From Candidatus Hadarchaeota archaeon (GTDB taxonomy: Archaea > Hadarchaeota > Hadarchaeia > Hadarchaeales > Hadarchaeaceae), in the NCBI GenBank assembly GCA_040755315.1, contig JBFMBF010000004.1:1-63889 (forward strand): 63,889 nucleotides of DNA. Direction: 5' to 3'. Numbering within the stretch: position 1 is the stretch's first letter; the number at the start of each line of letters is the position of its first letter. This document shows, piece by piece, positions 45,583-55,861 of this stretch. A program made the translations under genes and the position numbers. The notes beneath the pieces were generated by a model. The model did not search any database and was not told where the DNA came from. It was given only the letters and a program-made list of their open reading frames with translations.

Positions 45583-46047
45583 CCCGCCGAGCGGGAGCTC
45601 CATTGTTAAGGCTGTTTCCCCGTCCTCGTAATAATAAGGGACTTCCATCCTGTCTTTAAACCCCAGCCTCCGGTAAAACTGATGGGCGCCGACGTTGCTC
45701 TTCCTGGCCTCAAGCCTGACCAGCCTCGCGCCCTTCCTTGCGAACCTCTCAATCATCTTCTGGACCATCGCTGAGCCTATGCCGTGTCTCCTGAACGCCG
45801 GGTCAACACCTATGGCCAAGATGTGGCCGATGGGACCCCACCTGACGGCCCCGATGAGATAGCCGATTACTTTGCTGCCTACCTCGGCCACCAGGAAGCC
45901 GTCCGGGTGGGTAGTGTGGAGGCGGTTGAGCAGGCTGAGTGGGTAGGGGTCTGGAAAGCACTTGTACTCAATGGCCAGAATCTCTGACATGTCCTCCGGC
46001 CTTGCGTCCCTTATCAGGAATACTTGCTGGGCAACCATTTGCACCAA
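45568..46047 (-). CDS. rimI: GNAT N-acetyltransferase (RimI-like)
   Basis: GNAT motif A region [18 protein letters not shown]. The size of 159 aa and the N-terminus [16 protein letters not shown] are typical of RimI/Ard1 homologs. Confidence 0.7.
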   Translation of the reverse strand: MVQMVAQQVFLIRDARPEDMSEILAIEYKCFPDPYPLSLLNRLHTTHPDGFLVAEVGSKVIGYLIGAVRWGPIGHILAIGVDPAFRRHGIGSAMVQKMIERFARKGARLVRLEARKSNVGAHQFYRRLGFKDRMEVPYYYEDGETALTMELPLGGSPVS

Positions 46048-46076
46048 ATTAGGTTATATGGGGGCGATAAAATCAT

Positions 46077-46475
46077 TTGGAAACCATGACCACGAGCAAG
46101 CATCGAGGCACCATGTTTGAATACCGCGTATCCTATCTTCTTGAGGGCCTCGGCTTCAGCTGGGACCGCTCAGGCAGCTCCCTCGGCATCGACCTGAAAA
46201 TCTCGAAGAAGGGCCGGCTCAGCTATCTCATCTCGTGCAAAAAAACCTCAAAGCTCGGACCTATCTATATGCCCAAGGCGGAGGTCGAGAAACTCCGCGC
46301 CTCTGCCAAAGAGAGCGGGGCGGAGGGGATAGTCTGCTTCGGATTCCGGAGAACCCCGGTCATGGCCTTGGGGCTAAAAGATATCTCAAAGCTCCCCAGC
46401 ACCCGCCTCTACTACAAGATCCAGCTGGGGGACGGCAGACCACTAAAAGAGATGCTTAAAGCGGCGGGCTTTTAG
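46077..46475 (+). CDS. Hjc-like PD-(D/E)XK protein with substituted catalytic Glu
   Basis: It aligns by eye to the archaeal Holliday junction resolvase Hjc (RGTMFEYRV.., RSGSSLGIDL, YLISCKK versus Hjc YLCIEVK). The ExK motif reads SCK here. Confidence 0.5.
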   Translation: METMTTSKHRGTMFEYRVSYLLEGLGFSWDRSGSSLGIDLKISKKGRLSYLISCKKTSKLGPIYMPKAEVEKLRASAKESGAEGIVCFGFRRTPVMALGLKDISKLPSTRLYYKIQLGDGRPLKEMLKAAGF

Positions 46476-46505
46476 GCTGCAAACGTCAGCCTGAATTGGT
46501 GAAAA

Positions 46506-46787
46506 ATGGATTTAGCTTGGCTAGTGCCGCTGGTTGTCCCGTTCGTCATAGGCTTGCTGGTCGGTGCCGTAATCAAGCATGCGCTGAAGTTAATCATGGT
46601 CCTCATTGCTCTCGTCGTCGTCTTGGTCGTGACGGGCGTTTTGAGCATAGGAATCAGCGACCTCTGGGGAAGGGCGGTGGCAGCTCTGCCGCAGCTCTTC
46701 GGCACCGGGTCGGGCCTGATCAACTTGCTGCCGTATACCTCGGTGTCATTTCTGGTCGGGCTGGCAATCGGGTTCCTGGCGCTCTAA
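46506..46787 (+). CDS. small membrane protein (3 TM)
   Basis: 93 aa, hydrophobic throughout (VPLVVPFVIGLLVGAVI.., IMVLIALVVVLVVTGVL..). Confidence 0.4.
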   Translation: MDLAWLVPLVVPFVIGLLVGAVIKHALKLIMVLIALVVVLVVTGVLSIGISDLWGRAVAALPQLFGTGSGLINLLPYTSVSFLVGLAIGFLAL

Positions 46788-46857
46788 ACCAGCGGGAACC
46801 TCGGGCAAGAGTTGATGAAAGCAATCAACTGCCGCAACAGCAGGTTTTGAGATTGGT

Positions 46858-47691
46858 TTAAATCATCTCTCTACGGTTGGCCATCCACAAGCTGGCTAAA
46901 AACAAGCCTGCTGAGTAAACTATCAGCACGAAAAAGCCGAGCGTTGGGTTTTGGTTGGCCCGCAGCAAGCCTGTTATCCCCTGGCCCCCTCCCACAAAGC
47001 CCCCGAACGCGTTTTCAAGCGGGATGGAATATGTCGCGCCCATGGAATCTCCGGCCCGGTCAGGCATGAACCAAGGATCGTAGCCAGCGTATGCCAGGCT
47101 AGTCGAGACTATCCCGAAGACGACCATGTATGTAAGAAGGGCGGCTATCGTCGCACCCATCCCGCCCTTTAGCACGGAACTGAATGAGAAAGACAAGCTG
47201 ATGACAAAGCTGGCCAGCGCCAGCGCAATTGCCAGCGACCCCAGCATCCCGCCAGGTATAGAGCCGTAGGATATGAGAACCGAGACGGCCGAAATAAGGA
47301 AGGCTATGGCAAGTATGGCGGCGGTTGCCATGAAGCAGGCAAGGTACTTCCCAACTATCAGAGTCCTTCGTTTCACCGGGTTCGGCAAAAGCACGTAGCC
47401 TGTCCCGCGCTCGAACTCGCCAGCTATGGCATCGCCCGAGAAAAACACGGCGGCCAAGATTGCAAGCGCGCCCATCTGTGTGGTCATCATGGCAAACAAC
47501 TCGGCCCCGTATTGATTTATGAAAACCTGCGTGAGGCCAATCCTTTGCGGCAGGCCCAACCCATGATAAAGCCCGACTGTTAAAAGCACAGCAAGAACGG
47601 TGACTATCAGCCCGCCGTAGAACCTTTTCCTACGCAACTGCTTCAGCAGCTCGTATCGTGCGACAACTTTTAATTTCCCAAACTCGCTCAA
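46858..47691 (-). CDS. ABC-2 type transporter permease
   Basis: Six TMs. It overlaps the upstream ABC ATPase gene by 4 nt. Confidence 0.7.
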   Translation of the reverse strand: MSEFGKLKVVARYELLKQLRRKRFYGGLIVTVLAVLLTVGLYHGLGLPQRIGLTQVFINQYGAELFAMMTTQMGALAILAAVFFSGDAIAGEFERGTGYVLLPNPVKRRTLIVGKYLACFMATAAILAIAFLISAVSVLISYGSIPGGMLGSLAIALALASFVISLSFSFSSVLKGGMGATIAALLTYMVVFGIVSTSLAYAGYDPWFMPDRAGDSMGATYSIPLENAFGGFVGGGQGITGLLRANQNPTLGFFVLIVYSAGLFLASLWMANRREMI

Positions 47692-48410
47692 ACAGATGCC
47701 TCCGTCAGCCTCAGGTAGGCGCGTTCAAATGATTTGTATTTCTTCTTCAGGCGGGAGATGTCGTCGAAGGCGCGAAGTCTTCCGTGGTCGATTATCGCGA
47801 CTTTCTTGCATACCTGGGCGACCTCCGTGAGCAAATGGGAGGCAAAAAATATCGTCTTCTCATTCCTGGCTTCCCGCAAAATATCTCTGAATTCCACCAT
47901 GCCGCGGGGGTCGAGACCAAGCGACGGCTCGTCAAGAATAAGAATGTGCGGGTCGTGAAGAAGCGCCTGCGCGAGCGCGAGACGCTGCTTCATTCCGCGC
48001 GAGAACTTCCCTACTTTCACGTTCATCCATTTTTCGAGCCGCACGGTTTTCATGACTTCTTTTATCCTTTTTTCAAGATTTTTTTTCTCCATGCCCCTCA
48101 AGAGGCCAAGATATCTAAGGGTCTCGTCGGGAGTGAAGAAAGGGTAGAATTCTGGAGTTTCCAAGATTGCTCCAACATGGGAAATCGCTTGCTCCCGCTC
48201 ATGCACGACATCGAACCCCGCTACTTTTGCTGTCCCCGACGTCGGCTTGATCAATCCACACAAAATCTTGAGAGTCGTTGTTTTTCCAGCGCCGTTTGGA
48301 CCAAGCAGGGCAACATCTTCATTTACCCCAATCTTGAGCGAAAGATTGTCCAACGCCAAGAAGCCGTTGTAGTTCCTGCTCAACCCTTTAATTTCTATTG
48401 AATCGTGCAT
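47688..48410 (-). CDS. ABC transporter ATP-binding protein
   Basis: Walker A is GPNGAGKTT, the signature is FSRGMKQRLALA, and Walker B is ILILDEPSLGLD. Confidence 0.9.
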   Translation of the reverse strand: MHDSIEIKGLSRNYNGFLALDNLSLKIGVNEDVALLGPNGAGKTTTLKILCGLIKPTSGTAKVAGFDVVHEREQAISHVGAILETPEFYPFFTPDETLRYLGLLRGMEKKNLEKRIKEVMKTVRLEKWMNVKVGKFSRGMKQRLALAQALLHDPHILILDEPSLGLDPRGMVEFRDILREARNEKTIFFASHLLTEVAQVCKKVAIIDHGRLRAFDDISRLKKKYKSFERAYLRLTEASV

Positions 48411-48627
48411 GGTTTGCTTATTTAGCTATATAGCACCACTACATAAATAGGGTCCAAATTGATTTGGTTAAACCACTTGCGGTAACGCTGGGTTTTGACT
48501 TCTCACGTTTTCATTTGGCCGCTTTGGACCTGCGGTTTTCATCTTCGGCGTGGCCCTCCATTTTTCATTTACTCTATAATCGCCGACCAAACGGAGATAT
48601 AAACATTTAGCATAATAAAATGGAAAG

Positions 48628-49425
48628 ATGACCGCCGTTCCAGTTTATGGCCACCCTGCCCTGATGGTGAAAGCGGGGGGGACGCGCGCGCTGGTCGTGT
48701 CAGACCTGCACCTGGGGATTGAGGGAGAGTTTGCAACGAAGGGTATTTCGTTGCCGAGCCAGGTCCCCCGTGTGGAGGCAAGGCTCACAGAACTAATCAA
48801 AAAGAAGAAACCCGATCGGCTAATCATGCTGGGGGACGTGAAACACAACATCCCCGTGGCCAGCTGGCAGGAGTGGCGAGAACTCCCAAAGCTCTTCGAG
48901 GACCTGCTCAAGCTCATTCCAGTAGACATCGTGATTGGTAACCACGACGGTGACATAAGAGGGATGTTGCCAGAAGGAGTGGCAGTCCATGGGTCCGGTG
49001 GAATTGTGATAGGGAAAAGAAAGCTTGTGGGTCTGATGCACGGCCACGCCTGGCCCTCACCAGAACTCATGAAGTCGGAGCTGATAGTCATGGGGCACAA
49101 CCATCCGGCCGTTGAGTTCAGAGACGAGCTTGGCGGGAGAATCGTTGAGCCTGTATGGGTGAGGCTGAAGCTCAGGAAAGATCGGCTGCCCAAGAAGCTC
49201 AAGATTGCCGTGCAAAAGCCGCCTGAGCTTCTGCTGGTTCCGGCCTTTGGGGAGCTGGTCGGCGGCGCCCCCGTCAACAGGAAGGTGCCGACTGAACTCA
49301 TAGGGCCTATTTTCAGGGCTGGGGCCGCCAGACTTGAAGACGGAGAAATCTATCTTCTGAACGGGACTTTTCTGGGGACTGTGAAAGCCTCGCGCAAATT
49401 CTTAGGTGTCACTTCGAGAGCTTGA
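48628..49425 (+). CDS. calcineurin-like metallophosphoesterase (archaeal SbcD/Mre11-related small phosphoesterase)
   Basis: Motifs VVSDLHLG, MLGDVKHN, IGNHD, MHGH and MGHNH. Confidence 0.8.
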   Translation: MTAVPVYGHPALMVKAGGTRALVVSDLHLGIEGEFATKGISLPSQVPRVEARLTELIKKKKPDRLIMLGDVKHNIPVASWQEWRELPKLFEDLLKLIPVDIVIGNHDGDIRGMLPEGVAVHGSGGIVIGKRKLVGLMHGHAWPSPELMKSELIVMGHNHPAVEFRDELGGRIVEPVWVRLKLRKDRLPKKLKIAVQKPPELLLVPAFGELVGGAPVNRKVPTELIGPIFRAGAARLEDGEIYLLNGTFLGTVKASRKFLGVTSRA

Positions 49426-50302
49426 GCCTCGATGGCATCTCGATGAGACTGGCCATGGTCTTTGCCAAGTCCATGTCGAGTTTCTTCCCTTTCCTCAGCT
49501 TATCTACTAGCACCAGGGTGTCCAGCCCAATCTCGATCATGTTCTTCTCAAGCTTCGGCTTGTCGACCTGGCTGACGTCTATCGCCCCCTCCTTCTCAGG
49601 GGCCGCCAGTATGGCCAGGATTTCTCCCACCAGGATTCTGTCGTCACGCCTCCCCTCGTAGAAGTCCCGCATCGTGCAGTAGACCGAGAATTCCATTGAA
49701 CTCGCGAGGACTCCCATGCGCTTGTATGACTCCAGCTTCGGCGTGACCATCTCAGTGATTGGCGAGAACTGCGGGGTCTCGGCGAAATAAAGGTCGTCCT
49801 TGACGTGGGTGATTCCGACCCATAGGTTCTTCAAGAGGTTGTAGCCGTGCTTCTCCGACGCTGCCACCATCAGGGGAATCAACTCCGGGTTGGCTATGGC
49901 CGGATACTCCGGGCCGACAGCCGCCCTGGTCGTCCCCTCGTCCCTGACAGACGCCGTGCTGATGACTAGATCCCCGATGTTTATGAACGGCTGAAGCGCC
50001 CCGGCCGTTCCGAGCCTCAGCATCGTGACCGGCCCCTGCGCCAACTCCATGGCCTCTGGCAGTATTATCGCGGTGCTCGCCGGCCCCATGCCGGTCGCGA
50101 AAGCCGAGACATTTATCCCCTCGTACTCGCCGTGGACCACAGTGTAGCCGCGGTCCCCTTCCTCGATTTCAGAATTCTTCAAGTACTTGGCTATTTTTTT
50201 TATTCTCCCTGAGGAGCCCCCGCTGAGAATGTTCGGGTGAAGCTTGTCCACACCAAGGTGATATGCCTCGCCGCTCGACGTCTTGAAAGTTATCGGTTCC
50301 AT
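49409..50302 (-). CDS. PNP/UDP-1 family nucleoside phosphorylase
   Basis: Family-like motifs ..SAFATGMGPASTAI.., RLGTAGAL and SVRDEGT. Confidence 0.75.
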   Translation of the reverse strand: MEPITFKTSSGEAYHLGVDKLHPNILSGGSSGRIKKIAKYLKNSEIEEGDRGYTVVHGEYEGINVSAFATGMGPASTAIILPEAMELAQGPVTMLRLGTAGALQPFINIGDLVISTASVRDEGTTRAAVGPEYPAIANPELIPLMVAASEKHGYNLLKNLWVGITHVKDDLYFAETPQFSPITEMVTPKLESYKRMGVLASSMEFSVYCTMRDFYEGRRDDRILVGEILAILAAPEKEGAIDVSQVDKPKLEKNMIEIGLDTLVLVDKLRKGKKLDMDLAKTMASLIEMPSRLKLSK

Positions 50303-50420
50303 TGTTCTGCCTCCTAGGTCGGTTCTGGCTGGGCGCCTTTAAAAGTTGTGGAATTGGGGCCTGGTTGGCGGCCCACCCAAAAGCTAAAAACTTGCGGGGC
50401 CCGGCGATAGATGGGACAGG

Positions 50421-50993
50421 ATGAGAAAAAACGAGAAAAATTGGACCGAGGTGATCTCAAACCTCGCGATTGTGCTGGTCTCGCTGGCCTCCCTGTTCGC
50501 AACGGTCAGCTGGATTGCATCAAGCAAGGCAAGCGGACCCGCAAGCGACTACAAGACCGCAGCCCTAGGGATAATGATTCTGAGGCTGGAATCAGAAACC
50601 GACGCCTCCAACTATTTGACGCAGGCCCAGATGAGCACAACTCTGGCGAGCATTTCCTTTGCGAGGGCGGAGGCGACAGACAACCTTGAGCTCAAGGAAT
50701 ATTTGGACAACATAGGATACACTCAAATTTCATTTGCGAACTTTTACGCGGCAGCGGCGGAAAACGCGAAAAACAAGGCAAACTCGTACTATGACAACTA
50801 CTCCCAGAGGATGGCGGACGCCGCTAAGCTGGGCAACGTGGCGGACTCGAGGTCGACCGCTGCGCTGATATTTACGGCTACGGCAATAGTGAGCTCAAGC
50901 GGCACCCTCCTCAAGCGGAGGGAGGTCGTGTACCTTGCAGTCCCGACTTTCATAATAGCTGCCGGTTTCTTCGTCTGGTCTTTTTTAATCTGA
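50421..50993 (+). CDS. membrane protein of unknown function (N- and C-terminal TMs, helical middle)
   Basis: The TM helix NLAIVLVSLASLFATVSWI lies near the N-terminus and two TMs lie at the C-terminus. No catalytic motif was recognised. Confidence 0.4.
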   Translation: MRKNEKNWTEVISNLAIVLVSLASLFATVSWIASSKASGPASDYKTAALGIMILRLESETDASNYLTQAQMSTTLASISFARAEATDNLELKEYLDNIGYTQISFANFYAAAAENAKNKANSYYDNYSQRMADAAKLGNVADSRSTAALIFTATAIVSSSGTLLKRREVVYLAVPTFIIAAGFFVWSFLI

Positions 50994-51000
50994 CGGGCGC

Positions 51001-52449
51001 TCAGAACTCGTAGGCCTTCCCAACTTCAATCTTCTCGTGGACTCCCTTGACCAGGCCGTGAAACAGCTCCGGGTGCTCAGAGTGGATTGGGAAGAGGTGT
51101 TTAGGGTTGACCTCCCTGACTATCTTCTCTATCTCCCTCCTCGAACAGTGCCCGGATGAGTGAACTTGGTGGAAGCGCAGCTTGAAGTGCCTCAGCCAGT
51201 TGAGCATTACTTGGGTCTCAAATTCTTCCTCCGGATAGGGTTCGGACATGGAGTATACGAAATGGCTTCCCTGGTCTGGTTTTATGTCGACAAATTCGGC
51301 AAAGTGGTAAAAGTCCAGATTCAGCAGAAAATCTTTCTGGCGCTTGTGGATGTCATCGGCTTTGAGCGCGCCATCGATGAACGGCCTCTCCCATTTGTCG
51401 TAGTCCTTATCCAGATAACCGCCGCTCTCCTTCCTGCGGGCATAGACGAGGTAGTCCCTGCCGATTTTTGGAACATCCAGCCCTTCTTTGGCGAGACTTG
51501 TGAGAAGCAGCGCGGCCCTGGGAGAAAGCACAAGCTTCCTGCCGATGTCTTTCGCAACATGCACGAACGTGGCCATCCTATCTACATCTCTCGGGTAGAA
51601 TGTCGCTGCGGCAAGCTTTTTTGCATCCGATAGGAACTCGCGGCTCTTGACCCGGACATCCTTCTCGCCTCCAACATATCTCTGTCTTTCCGCGACAGAC
51701 ATTCTCGTCCCCTCGCATATCATGGCCGACGGTTTTTCCCTAACCATTGCCGAGACGAACTTCTCCGTCAGCTCGGCGCTCGGACCGTGCATGCGGAAGT
51801 CGCCGGTGTAAACTACTGTGCCTCCCGAGGTGTGGATGATGAAGCCGCACGCCCCCGGGGCCGAGTGGTCGACGCTCATGGGGATGACCTCAATTGAGCC
51901 AACCTTTATCTTCTTCCCCGGATCGAACGGCCGGTAGTCGTGTTCTCCGAACTTTATCTGTGAGCTTTGTTCTATTGCGTTGACTGCAACCTTCGCCACC
52001 CTGCTGATGTGGACTGGAATTGAACTATCCACCAAATCTAGGCGGGCGATGTGGTCGTAGTGTGGATGGGAGATGAAGATGGCGTCGAAAGCCGGCTTGC
52101 TGTACTTCAGGTCTGTGAACCTCAGCGCCTCTTTTGAGTACAGGCCTGGTGTCTTGGGCACCAAACCAAACTCGAAATAATCCTTCGCCCCCGCTACGCT
52201 GCGCGGCTGGAGCCATCCCGTGAAGTAGTCCTCGCCGCTGCCGAAACTTTGCCCGAACTCCAGCCATACCTTGGTGTCGCCGTCCTCAAGCAGTATCTTG
52301 CTGCCGCCTATCTCGCCTATTCCGCCGTAAAAGCGAACGTCTGCCACAGTTATTTCTGTTCCCGCAGCGGTAAAAACCTGCACAGTGTGTTGGAAGACAT
52401 CTCGCTCAAATATTGATTTTTTGTGCGCCGCAGATGATAATGCCGTCAA
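51001..52449 (-). CDS. metallo-beta-lactamase / beta-CASP ribonuclease, archaeal RNase J-like
   Basis: RNase J-like GGIGEIGGSK, the MBL motif ISHPHYDHI, and the C-terminal beta-CASP His region HSSGHCS...LFPIHSEHP. Confidence 0.65.
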   Translation of the reverse strand: MTALSSAAHKKSIFERDVFQHTVQVFTAAGTEITVADVRFYGGIGEIGGSKILLEDGDTKVWLEFGQSFGSGEDYFTGWLQPRSVAGAKDYFEFGLVPKTPGLYSKEALRFTDLKYSKPAFDAIFISHPHYDHIARLDLVDSSIPVHISRVAKVAVNAIEQSSQIKFGEHDYRPFDPGKKIKVGSIEVIPMSVDHSAPGACGFIIHTSGGTVVYTGDFRMHGPSAELTEKFVSAMVREKPSAMICEGTRMSVAERQRYVGGEKDVRVKSREFLSDAKKLAAATFYPRDVDRMATFVHVAKDIGRKLVLSPRAALLLTSLAKEGLDVPKIGRDYLVYARRKESGGYLDKDYDKWERPFIDGALKADDIHKRQKDFLLNLDFYHFAEFVDIKPDQGSHFVYSMSEPYPEEEFETQVMLNWLRHFKLRFHQVHSSGHCSRREIEKIVREVNPKHLFPIHSEHPELFHGLVKGVHEKIEVGKAYEF

Positions 52450-52474
52450 AATAGGGAATTTTTGAACCTTTCTC

Positions 52475-52921
52475 CTAACCAGATTTCACAATGATTATTC
52501 CCCCGATAACGAGGCTGATTACAACGACGGCGATAGTAATCCAGGTTTGAATCTGGCTTCCCGGCCCAACTGAAATCTCGGCCAACGGCACGCTTATTGA
52601 ATCTAAAGAGCTGATGTGTTTGCTTCCCCCATAAAGACCGTCAGCGGTTTTGAAAAACAGGGGGTTGCCGGAAGAGTCCAGTACTATTGAAGTATACCCG
52701 CCAACGTGCTCCACGGAGTCGACGGTCTGAATGTCCCACTCGAAGCTTGGACTGGCGTCCATTTGCTTCCTTACTAATTCAGCTGACGGCGGCACTGGCG
52801 ACAAGATAATAGTTGAATCTATCGCCCCGCGTAAATCTCCTGTAAAAATAAATGACGAAACCAACGCTAGCGCCGACACCAGTAAAACAGCCGGTCCGAT
52901 TTTTACCATGCCCGCCCTCAA
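52475..52921 (-). CDS. small secreted/membrane protein
   Basis: N-terminal signal-like helix and the C-terminal TM ITIAVVVISLVIGGIIIV. No recognisable family. Confidence 0.35.
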   Translation of the reverse strand: MRAGMVKIGPAVLLVSALALVSSFIFTGDLRGAIDSTIILSPVPPSAELVRKQMDASPSFEWDIQTVDSVEHVGGYTSIVLDSSGNPLFFKTADGLYGGSKHISSLDSISVPLAEISVGPGSQIQTWITIAVVVISLVIGGIIIVKSG

Positions 52922-53064
52922 TCAATAATCCTAAACTCGTCGCTTAAAATCTCCCATTTCACATCTGGCCAAAAACGAGTATTACATACTTTCATACGGC
53001 GCCACATTTTTGTGCTGTAAAACATAAATGCTGGCGTGCAGCATTCATCATGTGACTGTGGAGG

Positions 53065-55344
53065 ATGATCCATCTGGCTCTTGAAGGACTGGACGGAAGG
53101 TACGTGGACATCGGGCTTTCTGGTGCCCTGCTGATGGTCCTGCTGGCGCTCGTCGTCTGCCTCCCGGCTTACTACATCCTCAGGAAAAGGTTGGAGAAGA
53201 AACTGGTTCTGGCAATGCTAGCACTGTTTCTCGCTGGCTATGCTTTCAGGCTGTTCTTCATGCTGAGAAACCCGCTAGTCTACGGGATTGACGGCCCCTA
53301 CTACGTTGGACAGGTGAAGAGCATCGTGGCGACCGGCGTCCCGTCTGAGCCAGCCGTGGAGCCCCTCATTCTTTACTTGGCGAGTGGCGCATCTGTCTTC
53401 ACAAACGACGCGACCCTCGGCATAAAAATCACCCAGGCCTTCTTCTCCGCGTTGCCGATCCTTACAATATGGCTGCTTGTGTTTTACCTGACCAGAAACA
53501 AGTTTGCAAGTTTTGCGGCGGCGTTGCTGATGACTTTTTCAGCCATAAGCCTGGGCATTTCGGACGCCCTCAGGAATGCCGGCGCGCTGGCTTTTCTCCC
53601 TTCATTTTACCTGTTCTTTCTGAAATTTGTCAACGGCGAGGGACCAGAGTGGAATTTGAAGGCCTTGATAATATGGAAAAGAAAAATCAACCTGTCTCTG
53701 AACCTCAACCTCTTGCTTTCCTTTATAATCTACCTCTTAATCATCGGTAGTCACTTCCTCACCGCAGGTTTCGCAATAATGACTGTTGTTGCGTACATCG
53801 CGTTCTTCACGGGCTATAGGAGAAAACTCCCATGGAAAGAGCTCAAGTTCATGACTGCTTTGGGGATTGCCGTCCTGCTCGGCATGGCGGCATCCAGCAC
53901 AGTCCGGGGGAAGATATTCTCGGTGTCTAACGACCTCGCCAAAAGCGACCCTGTCCCTGCAAATCTTTTCCCTTTTTCAGAGAGTTCTGTACCTGTACCT
54001 CCCGGCGCAGAAGGTGGAATGCCTCCAACGAGCTTGTTCACGCTTATGTTGCCGTTGATTCTCCTTGCTCTCCCGGCGATGTTTTTCTCGCTTCACCACA
54101 AAGATAGGAGGTATCTGTTATTCACCGCCACGATTCCTTTGGTAATACTCTGCATGCAAACTTGGATAGTCAACTACATGTACGGCTTCAGATTTTTCAT
54201 AATGGTTTACATTGCGCTTTATGTTTTGAGCGGGGTTTCCATATGGTTCCTGCGGCCCCGATCCAAAAAGGTCGCCACGGCAATCCTTGTGGCAGGGATC
54301 GCTTTTTCCCTAATATCGGTTGTAGGCATGGCTGGCGCGACCTCAAGTTGGATTTCCATGGAAACTTGGGAGCAGCTGCGGTGGATTGGCCAGCGGCTCC
54401 CGGAAAACTCAATAATCACAACTTCCGAGGGCGGGCTTTTCTATTGGGGTACGCTTGTATTCGGAAAGGAGATGGGGTCTACATTCCTGCCAGGGTGGAC
54501 TTCATCTTTAGGCAACCTAGCGGAGCAGATGAGGCAATTCCAAAACCAGGATAATATTGTTCTGGCCGTCGTGAACAAGAACCTCACCGTTGGACAGAAC
54601 CTCGAAAACCTTGGCCTTGGATTCTACGACAACCTGCAGACCGAGAACTACATCGTGCTAAAGCTGGCTGAAAACTCCGACAACACCGTTGGAGGATACA
54701 GCGGCCCAAGGCAGCTGGGCGCCGCCCAGGACAACGGGCCTGGGGGGCTGCCAGTATATCCGGGCGCCACCCAGTTACAGCTGAGCCAAGCCGAGCTGGA
54801 AAACACTCTCTTTCGTGATTGGCACCCTCCCGAAGGCACTTCCATGGCAGCATACAGTACAACTGCGACCCCCGCTACGGTTGTGAGCTGGTACAAAACA
54901 CAGATGACGGGATGGACTTTGCAGGCGGAAAATTTAAACGAATACTCCGGCTTCCTCCACTATAGTAACACGGAGGCGGGAAGGTCGGCGCAGATTTCGG
55001 TGTTTGACAATTACGGCATCAACAGGATTCTGAGCATTGCCGAATGGCCTGCAAGCACCTTCGGGGGACCTGGCGGTACACAGGGGGGCCCGCAGGGCTC
55101 CTCAGGACCGACCGCCACGAACGAAATCAGGTTCAACTACAATCCTCTCTTTGCCTTCATCCTTCTGCCAATCGAGCTGGTCCAGGCACTCTACGGAACG
55201 GCGCTATACGGGGTGTTGAAGTTAGTGGTCGCCATCCCCCTATCGGTTGGGTTGATTGGATTTTTAGTGGGGTTGATTGCCCCAGCTTGGCGCAGACTCG
55301 GACCTGCCCATCCCAAAAAGCTGAAACGGAAACGCGGGGGTTGA
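53065..55344 (+). CDS. large polytopic membrane protein with extracytoplasmic C-terminal domain (possible GT-C-fold glycosyltransferase)
   Basis: More than 12 predicted TMs in the first ~430 aa, with an early loop containing YGIDGPYY. A soluble ~280-aa domain and a final TM plus basic tail follow. The functional assignment is weak. Confidence 0.55.
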   Translation: MIHLALEGLDGRYVDIGLSGALLMVLLALVVCLPAYYILRKRLEKKLVLAMLALFLAGYAFRLFFMLRNPLVYGIDGPYYVGQVKSIVATGVPSEPAVEPLILYLASGASVFTNDATLGIKITQAFFSALPILTIWLLVFYLTRNKFASFAAALLMTFSAISLGISDALRNAGALAFLPSFYLFFLKFVNGEGPEWNLKALIIWKRKINLSLNLNLLLSFIIYLLIIGSHFLTAGFAIMTVVAYIAFFTGYRRKLPWKELKFMTALGIAVLLGMAASSTVRGKIFSVSNDLAKSDPVPANLFPFSESSVPVPPGAEGGMPPTSLFTLMLPLILLALPAMFFSLHHKDRRYLLFTATIPLVILCMQTWIVNYMYGFRFFIMVYIALYVLSGVSIWFLRPRSKKVATAILVAGIAFSLISVVGMAGATSSWISMETWEQLRWIGQRLPENSIITTSEGGLFYWGTLVFGKEMGSTFLPGWTSSLGNLAEQMRQFQNQDNIVLAVVNKNLTVGQNLENLGLGFYDNLQTENYIVLKLAENSDNTVGGYSGPRQLGAAQDNGPGGLPVYPGATQLQLSQAELENTLFRDWHPPEGTSMAAYSTTATPATVVSWYKTQMTGWTLQAENLNEYSGFLHYSNTEAGRSAQISVFDNYGINRILSIAEWPASTFGGPGGTQGGPQGSSGPTATNEIRFNYNPLFAFILLPIELVQALYGTALYGVLKLVVAIPLSVGLIGFLVGLIAPAWRRLGPAHPKKLKRKRGG

Positions 55345-55419
55345 AATTGGTTTTAAATCAGCCTCGCTGCAACCGAATGATAACTTGAAAAAGGAAGTGA
55401 CGAAATTAAGTTTGAAACT

Positions 55420-55836
55420 ATGAAGCTCAAGCTCAAACAAGGGGATTTAAAAGCGATTGCCGCCCATGCTCTGAAAAGCTACCCGAAGGAGGGCTGCGGC
55501 GTTCTTCTTGGAAACTTTAAGAAAAATGCAATCGATGTCATGGAAGTCGTGGAGGCGAAGAATGTCAAGGGCTCGCCAGTGGAGTTCGAGGCAGACCCAC
55601 AGCTGGTGTTTGAGGCATTCAAACGGGGGGAAAAGAAGGGGCTGGACCTCGTTGGGATTTACCACTCACACCCGAATATGGGCGCATTTGTAAGCTCAAG
55701 AGACGCCGAAATTATGAAGCTATGGCCGGGGACGGCGTGGCTGATCCTCGGTGTTGCAAAAAACAAGGTTGATGAACAAAAGGCCTACATTTTGAAAAAC
55801 GGCGTTATAGAAGAACTTGACATTGAAGTCAGCTGA
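55420..55836 (+). CDS. JAMM/MPN+ metalloprotease (ubiquitin-like protein/sulfur-carrier C-terminal peptidase type)
   Basis: Upstream Glu in YPKEGCGVLLG, and the JAMM motif HSHPNMGAFVSSRD (HxHx7Sx2D). Size of 138 aa. Confidence 0.85.
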   Translation: MKLKLKQGDLKAIAAHALKSYPKEGCGVLLGNFKKNAIDVMEVVEAKNVKGSPVEFEADPQLVFEAFKRGEKKGLDLVGIYHSHPNMGAFVSSRDAEIMKLWPGTAWLILGVAKNKVDEQKAYILKNGVIEELDIEVS

Positions 55837-55861
55837 AGCGCACACATGAAAATTATCTTGG

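Noticed and set aside
48507-48568. Three copies of (G/T)TTTTCAT spaced 26-28 nt apart in the 217-nt intergenic region between the ABC exporter and the phosphoesterase gene
   Set aside because: The motif is short and sits in an A/T-rich promoter region where such matches are expected by chance. There is no flanking conservation between copies. It was kept only as a note.
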